Source: an archaeon
GTDB taxonomy: Archaea > Nanobdellota > Nanobdellia > Pacearchaeales > GW2011-AR1
Assembly: GCA_030679115.1 (NCBI GenBank)
Contig: JAUXTS010000047.1
Location: 1 to 48,674, forward strand
Length of the DNA stretch: 48,674 nt
Direction of reading: 5' to 3'
Shown here: positions 44,927 to 48,674 of the stretch, in pieces
Layout of the letters: each line of letters starts with the position of its first letter
Position numbering within the stretch: the stretch's first letter is position 1
The notes under the pieces: model-generated
Told to the model about the DNA's origin: nothing
The model's database searches: none
The model's input: the letters and a program-made list of their open reading frames with translations, nothing else
Made by a program: the position numbers and the translations under genes

Positions 44927-46882
44927 TTACTGCCTATTCAAAAATCCCTTGATAAATCCTGAATGATTTCCTCTATTTGTTACTGAATTCAATTTCCAAC
45001 CTTTCTCAGCTATCTTTTCAACTTTTACTCTGCCCAGCGTCTTCCTGTGGGCTTCTCCAGACATTAAAACATTGGATTCTGCATTATCTGCGAGCTTTCT
45101 TGATACAAGAGATACATTTCCAACAGAAGTGTATTCCATTCCACCCATCTTTGGTTCTATAATCATCTCTCCCTGATGTATTCCTATACCAAATTGAATC
45201 TTCTGCCCATACTTTCTATTATGCTCATTAAATATTTGTTCGGCTTCTTTAGCAAAATTAGCTGCACTTAAGATATTATCCTGCTGTTTAGTTAAAGCAG
45301 GAGAGAATATCACTGATTTGAAACTATCATTCGATTGTATTTTTGCTTTTGATTCTTTTGCTTTTCTCATTACTCTTTCTATAGTTTCAGCAGCAGGCCC
45401 TTCAGAATTTTTAATTTCCTCAAGATTCTTTATCTTTACGCTGACTAAACTGCAAACTTCTTTTCCTGAATTGCTCAAAACTGCTTTCTCTTGTGGCATA
45501 ACTGAAATAATTTTCGGACTATTTTCTGTTATTCTTGCCATTTTTGGCGTTCTTCCCACAAATTGATTCCCAGATATTTTTTTATAATTTACGAAGGCAA
45601 ATGCTCCAAATAGCATTATCAAAAAGAACCAAACTAAAAATGAAGTTGACCAGGCAGTATCCAAATAACCATCCTTTACGGCGATTGCATTTCCAGTAAG
45701 GAAAGAACTTCCTACGACTTTATCTCCACTATCATCTTTAACTAATATGTCATAATTTCCGTCTGGAGCAGCCAAAAAGAACTTTTTGCTCTCTCCAACT
45801 TTTAGATTTAATTCTTTGCTCTTTGAAACTCCGCCGATTACAACTTCAATTGTCTTGTTAAAGATAACATTTCCAGTATTAGTAACAACCAATGTATCTT
45901 CAGTTAAATCGAATGAAGCTTCCTGCAATTCAGTTACATAAAAAGTTTTATCATTTTCAATAGAATCTTTCTTTGCTTTTACTTTCCATCCGCCAGGAGC
46001 ATAATTTTTCCCTATTTCAATTACCTGAACTTCTTTTGATTTTATCATATTTTCTGCAAATATTTCACCAGAAGGAGTATAAATTGTGACATCAACGTCT
46101 TCATTCATAATTGTGCCGTTTTGGTCAAGCAATAAAGAAGTATAACTAATCTCCCCATTAGGATTTACCGTTAAAATATCAAAAGCGATATCAATTTTAG
46201 TAGGAACTTGTCTTATTATAATTTCAATTCCAGTGCTTCCTTCATTTATTGTAGCACCATTCAAATCTTTTTCATATGCTCGGACATTTAATTCATATTT
46301 TCCTGCTGGTGCTTTTGCTGGAAGAATTACAGGAATATCAAGATTTCCATCCCCCACTATTTTTGTAATGCTGATTATTAATTCTGAAGAAGTTATTTCA
46401 ACAAAACCATTCAGATAAGCTCCATTAGTTTTTATTGCCTTTCCAGAAACAATTACGCTTTCTCCCGGTCCAAAAATAGTATTTGAGGCATTTGCTTCTA
46501 CTACAACGCTATTGCTTAATCCAAAATTCTGGCTTTCTCTCTCTTCAGAGCCATATTTTGCCTTTAATATGCATGTCCCCTGCAATTTTCCTACAATTAT
46601 ATAATCTAATCTTAAGTTTATGGGCACAATTTTCTGTTCTCCCCCATTAACTTCATGGCTTGTTCTATAAATCTCGCTTGTCTCTCCATTACAGATAAGT
46701 TTTACAATCAAGAAATCATTTGTTAATACCTGTGGATTAAGACTAATATTGACTGACATTCTATCTCCAAGATTATAAATTGAAGCTGGTTGCCCTATCA
46801 AAACCGAAGCAGATTGAGTTCCTTCAGCGAAACATAAAGGAATAAGAAATATTGCTATAAAGATAAATAACCCTTTTTTCAT
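44927..46882 (-). CDS. Membrane protein with Ig-like ectodomain and a degenerate class III nucleotide-cyclase-like cytoplasmic domain
   Basis: Signal peptide MKKGLF; beta-rich repeats (PAGKYEL.V, PGGWKV.A); TM helix; FGIGIHQGE...GNVSLVSRKL. Confidence 0.75.
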   Translation of the reverse strand: MKKGLFIFIAIFLIPLCFAEGTQSASVLIGQPASIYNLGDRMSVNISLNPQVLTNDFLIVKLICNGETSEIYRTSHEVNGGEQKIVPINLRLDYIIVGKLQGTCILKAKYGSEERESQNFGLSNSVVVEANASNTIFGPGESVIVSGKAIKTNGAYLNGFVEITSSELIISITKIVGDGNLDIPVILPAKAPAGKYELNVRAYEKDLNGATINEGSTGIEIIIRQVPTKIDIAFDILTVNPNGEISYTSLLLDQNGTIMNEDVDVTIYTPSGEIFAENMIKSKEVQVIEIGKNYAPGGWKVKAKKDSIENDKTFYVTELQEASFDLTEDTLVVTNTGNVIFNKTIEVVIGGVSKSKELNLKVGESKKFFLAAPDGNYDILVKDDSGDKVVGSSFLTGNAIAVKDGYLDTAWSTSFLVWFFLIMLFGAFAFVNYKKISGNQFVGRTPKMARITENSPKIISVMPQEKAVLSNSGKEVCSLVSVKIKNLEEIKNSEGPAAETIERVMRKAKESKAKIQSNDSFKSVIFSPALTKQQDNILSAANFAKEAEQIFNEHNRKYGQKIQFGIGIHQGEMIIEPKMGGMEYTSVGNVSLVSRKLADNAESNVLMSGEAHRKTLGRVKVEKIAEKGWKLNSVTNRGNHSGFIKGFLNRQ

Positions 46883-46905
46883 ATTATTTATATCACTTTT
46901 CCGTA

Positions 46906-47030
46906 TATAAACCTTATGCGGAAGCATGAGGTACTGGGAAGTTTACTTCACAGAAACTTGCTGTGGCTTTCAAGTTTTATGCTTGAGAAATTTTCCCCAT
47001 TTCTCAATGTATAAACCTTATGCGGAAGCA
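46906..47030. repeat. 21-bp direct repeat flanking an 83-bp multi-hairpin insert (family 2)
   Basis: TATAAACCTTATGCGGAAGCA at 46906-46926 and 47010-47030; internal GAAGT/ACTTC, AAACTTG/CAAGTTT and TTGAGAAAT/ATTTCTCAA stems. Confidence 0.8.
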
Positions 47031-47068
47031 ACCCCACATTTTATAAATATCCTCTTCTATAAAATATC

Positions 47069-48184
47069 ATGAAAAAAGATGCTGTTGTAAATCCTTGGGA
47101 AGTTTCTGGAAATATAGATTATGAAAAATTATCCAAAGAGTTTGGAATATCTCCTCTTGAAAAGCTTCCTTCCGTATTTGAAAAAAATATATTATTCAGA
47201 AGAAAAATAATTTTTGCTCATAGAGATGTTCAAAGAATTTTAGATGCAATAAAAAATAAGAAGCCATTCGTTATGATGACTGGATTAATGCCTACTGGAA
47301 AATTCCATATTGGACACATGATTATTGCCCAGCAGATGATTTTCTATCAATCTTTGGGGGCTAAAATCTATATTACTATTGCAGATTTGGAAGCTTATAA
47401 TGCGCGTAATCAAAGTTTAGAAGAAAGCAAAGGAATAGCCATTGAAGAATATATCAAAAATTACATTGCTCTCGGCTTAAAACCTGAGAATTGCGAAATT
47501 TATTTTCAGTCTGCCCGTTCAAAAGATGCAAAGAAATCAAATGCATATTACCGACTGCAGAATCTTCTTGCAAAACAAGTTACATTTAATGAATTTAAGG
47601 CAGTCTATGGTGAAATAACTCCTGGAAAAATGCTTTCATCTTTATTACAAGCTTCAGATATGCTTCATTCCCAGCTTCCAGAGTTTGAAAATCCCCTTCC
47701 TGTTGTTATCCCAGTAGGAGTTGACCAAGACCCCCATTTAAGAATAGCAAGAGATATGTCCCAGAGAATAAAATCTCCTAAATTCATTCAGCTCTCTTCT
47801 ACTTACAATTTATTCGTTCCAGGATTGAAAGGCGGAAAAATGTCTTCTTCTGACCCAACATCTTATATCGCTCCAACCGAAACTCCAGAAGAAATAAAAA
47901 AGAAAATCAATAGATATGCTTTCTCTGGTGGAAGAGACACTTTAGAAGAGCACAGAAAATTTGGAGGAAATCCAGATATAGATATCTCATTCCAATATCT
48001 TAAAATGCTTTTCGAATCCGATGATAAAGCTCTTGAAAAAATTTATAAAGATTATAAATCAGGAAAACTTCTTTCTGGAGAATTGAAAGCCTTGCTGATA
48101 GATAAAGTTTCAAAATTCCTTAAAATTCATCAAGCCAGACGCGATAAAATCAGACAGCCAGATATTGACAAGTTCTTCAAATAA
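47069..48184 (+). CDS. trpS: Tryptophanyl-tRNA synthetase (archaeal type)
   Basis: VNPWEV, HIGH, GVDQDPH, KMSSS, AFSGG. Confidence 0.97.
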   Translation: MKKDAVVNPWEVSGNIDYEKLSKEFGISPLEKLPSVFEKNILFRRKIIFAHRDVQRILDAIKNKKPFVMMTGLMPTGKFHIGHMIIAQQMIFYQSLGAKIYITIADLEAYNARNQSLEESKGIAIEEYIKNYIALGLKPENCEIYFQSARSKDAKKSNAYYRLQNLLAKQVTFNEFKAVYGEITPGKMLSSLLQASDMLHSQLPEFENPLPVVIPVGVDQDPHLRIARDMSQRIKSPKFIQLSSTYNLFVPGLKGGKMSSSDPTSYIAPTETPEEIKKKINRYAFSGGRDTLEEHRKFGGNPDIDISFQYLKMLFESDDKALEKIYKDYKSGKLLSGELKALLIDKVSKFLKIHQARRDKIRQPDIDKFFK

Positions 48185-48238
48185 AATATATTACTCAAAT
48201 ATACGATTATTTATAAATGCCTTCTCAATTGTTCTTTT

Positions 48239-48571
48239 ATGAAATCTGATGATGTAAATAAATATTTTATTGGTGCTATTGCAGGGATAGGTTTTACCAC
48301 ATTAATAAGTTTTATCTTTCATGACAAAATAATTCCCTCAGTAAAAGAAGTTCAAGAGGGTTATATTGCTCCATCAAGATTAAGAATAGATTGTGAAGAC
48401 TTGGACAAAAACGGCAAGCTAGAAACTTTTATATATATTGATAAAACACCATACTTATTCAGGGAAGTTAATGGAAAACCAACCCTATCCCCTTACGAAA
48501 TAATTCCTGTAGAAGAAAGTAGGGTGAGAAAATCTCCTCTTGTAGAAAAGTCCTTGCCTGAAATAAAATAA
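48239..48571 (+). CDS. Single-TM protein with DxDxNG-type loop
   Basis: TM helix followed by DLDKNGKLET. Confidence 0.7.
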   Translation: MKSDDVNKYFIGAIAGIGFTTLISFIFHDKIIPSVKEVQEGYIAPSRLRIDCEDLDKNGKLETFIYIDKTPYLFREVNGKPTLSPYEIIPVEESRVRKSPLVEKSLPEIK

Positions 48572-48572
48572 A

Positions 48573-48674
48573 TCACTTAGGCATATTCTCTAAAAATATC
48601 TTTTTTTCTCTTGCTCTTCTTTTTTCCAAGCCTTTTGAAACTTTTCCATTAACATTTACCCATCTGTCAAGCTC
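48573..48674 (-). CDS. C-terminal fragment of a GH24 (phage-type) lysozyme-like protein; N-terminus lies beyond the window
   Basis: Manual translation ELDRWVNVNGKVSKGLEKRRAREKKIFLENMPK* matches the GH24 C-terminal W....G....GL..RR..E...F signature. Confidence 0.7.
   Translation of the reverse strand, partial: ELDRWVNVNGKVSKGLEKRRAREKKIFLENMPK

Noticed and set aside
1498-46418. Many antisense ORFs in the track (e.g. 1498-2157, 5457-5711, 11293-11715, 17903-18340, 19319-19747, 30746-31225, 42450-42806)
   Set aside because: They lie opposite well-supported genes and have the Ser/Phe/Ile/Leu-rich composition of shadow frames
46906-47030. 21-bp direct repeat as a mini CRISPR array
   Set aside because: Only two copies, an 83-bp self-complementary spacer, and no cas genes

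Overview
AT-rich chromosomal segment of a DPANN archaeon, most consistent with Pacearchaeota/Woesearchaeota (inferred from the archaeal information genes, BRE-TATA promoters close to start codons, and lineage-typical hypothetical membrane proteins). The core is a fragmented rpoH-rpoB-rpoA-nusA-rps12-rps7-EF2-EF1alpha cluster, plus dnaG, tRNA-Lys, trxA, dapB, nrdR-nrdJ, iscS, lemA, htpX, mpg and trpS, interleaved with many small accessory genes (HEPN-MNT pair, Hanks kinase, GNAT-ASCH, TraB-like, NYN, NUDIX, surface proteins, and a truncated GH24 lysozyme-like gene at the right edge). The most unusual signals are non-coding: (1) a four-hairpin element with conserved linkers but co-varying stems abutting the promoters of EF-2, rps12 and rpoH; (2) a second two-arm hairpin family; (3) a TraB-like gene enclosed by inverted repeats and dif/lox-like direct repeats; (4) an islet inserted at the 3' end of htpX, carrying an NYN RNase gene, a candidate convergent UUCG-hairpin small RNA and a TIR element; (5) a bacterial-type NrdR regulon with tandem NrdR boxes on an archaeal promoter. 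All calls are from manual reading; no searches or folding programs were run.
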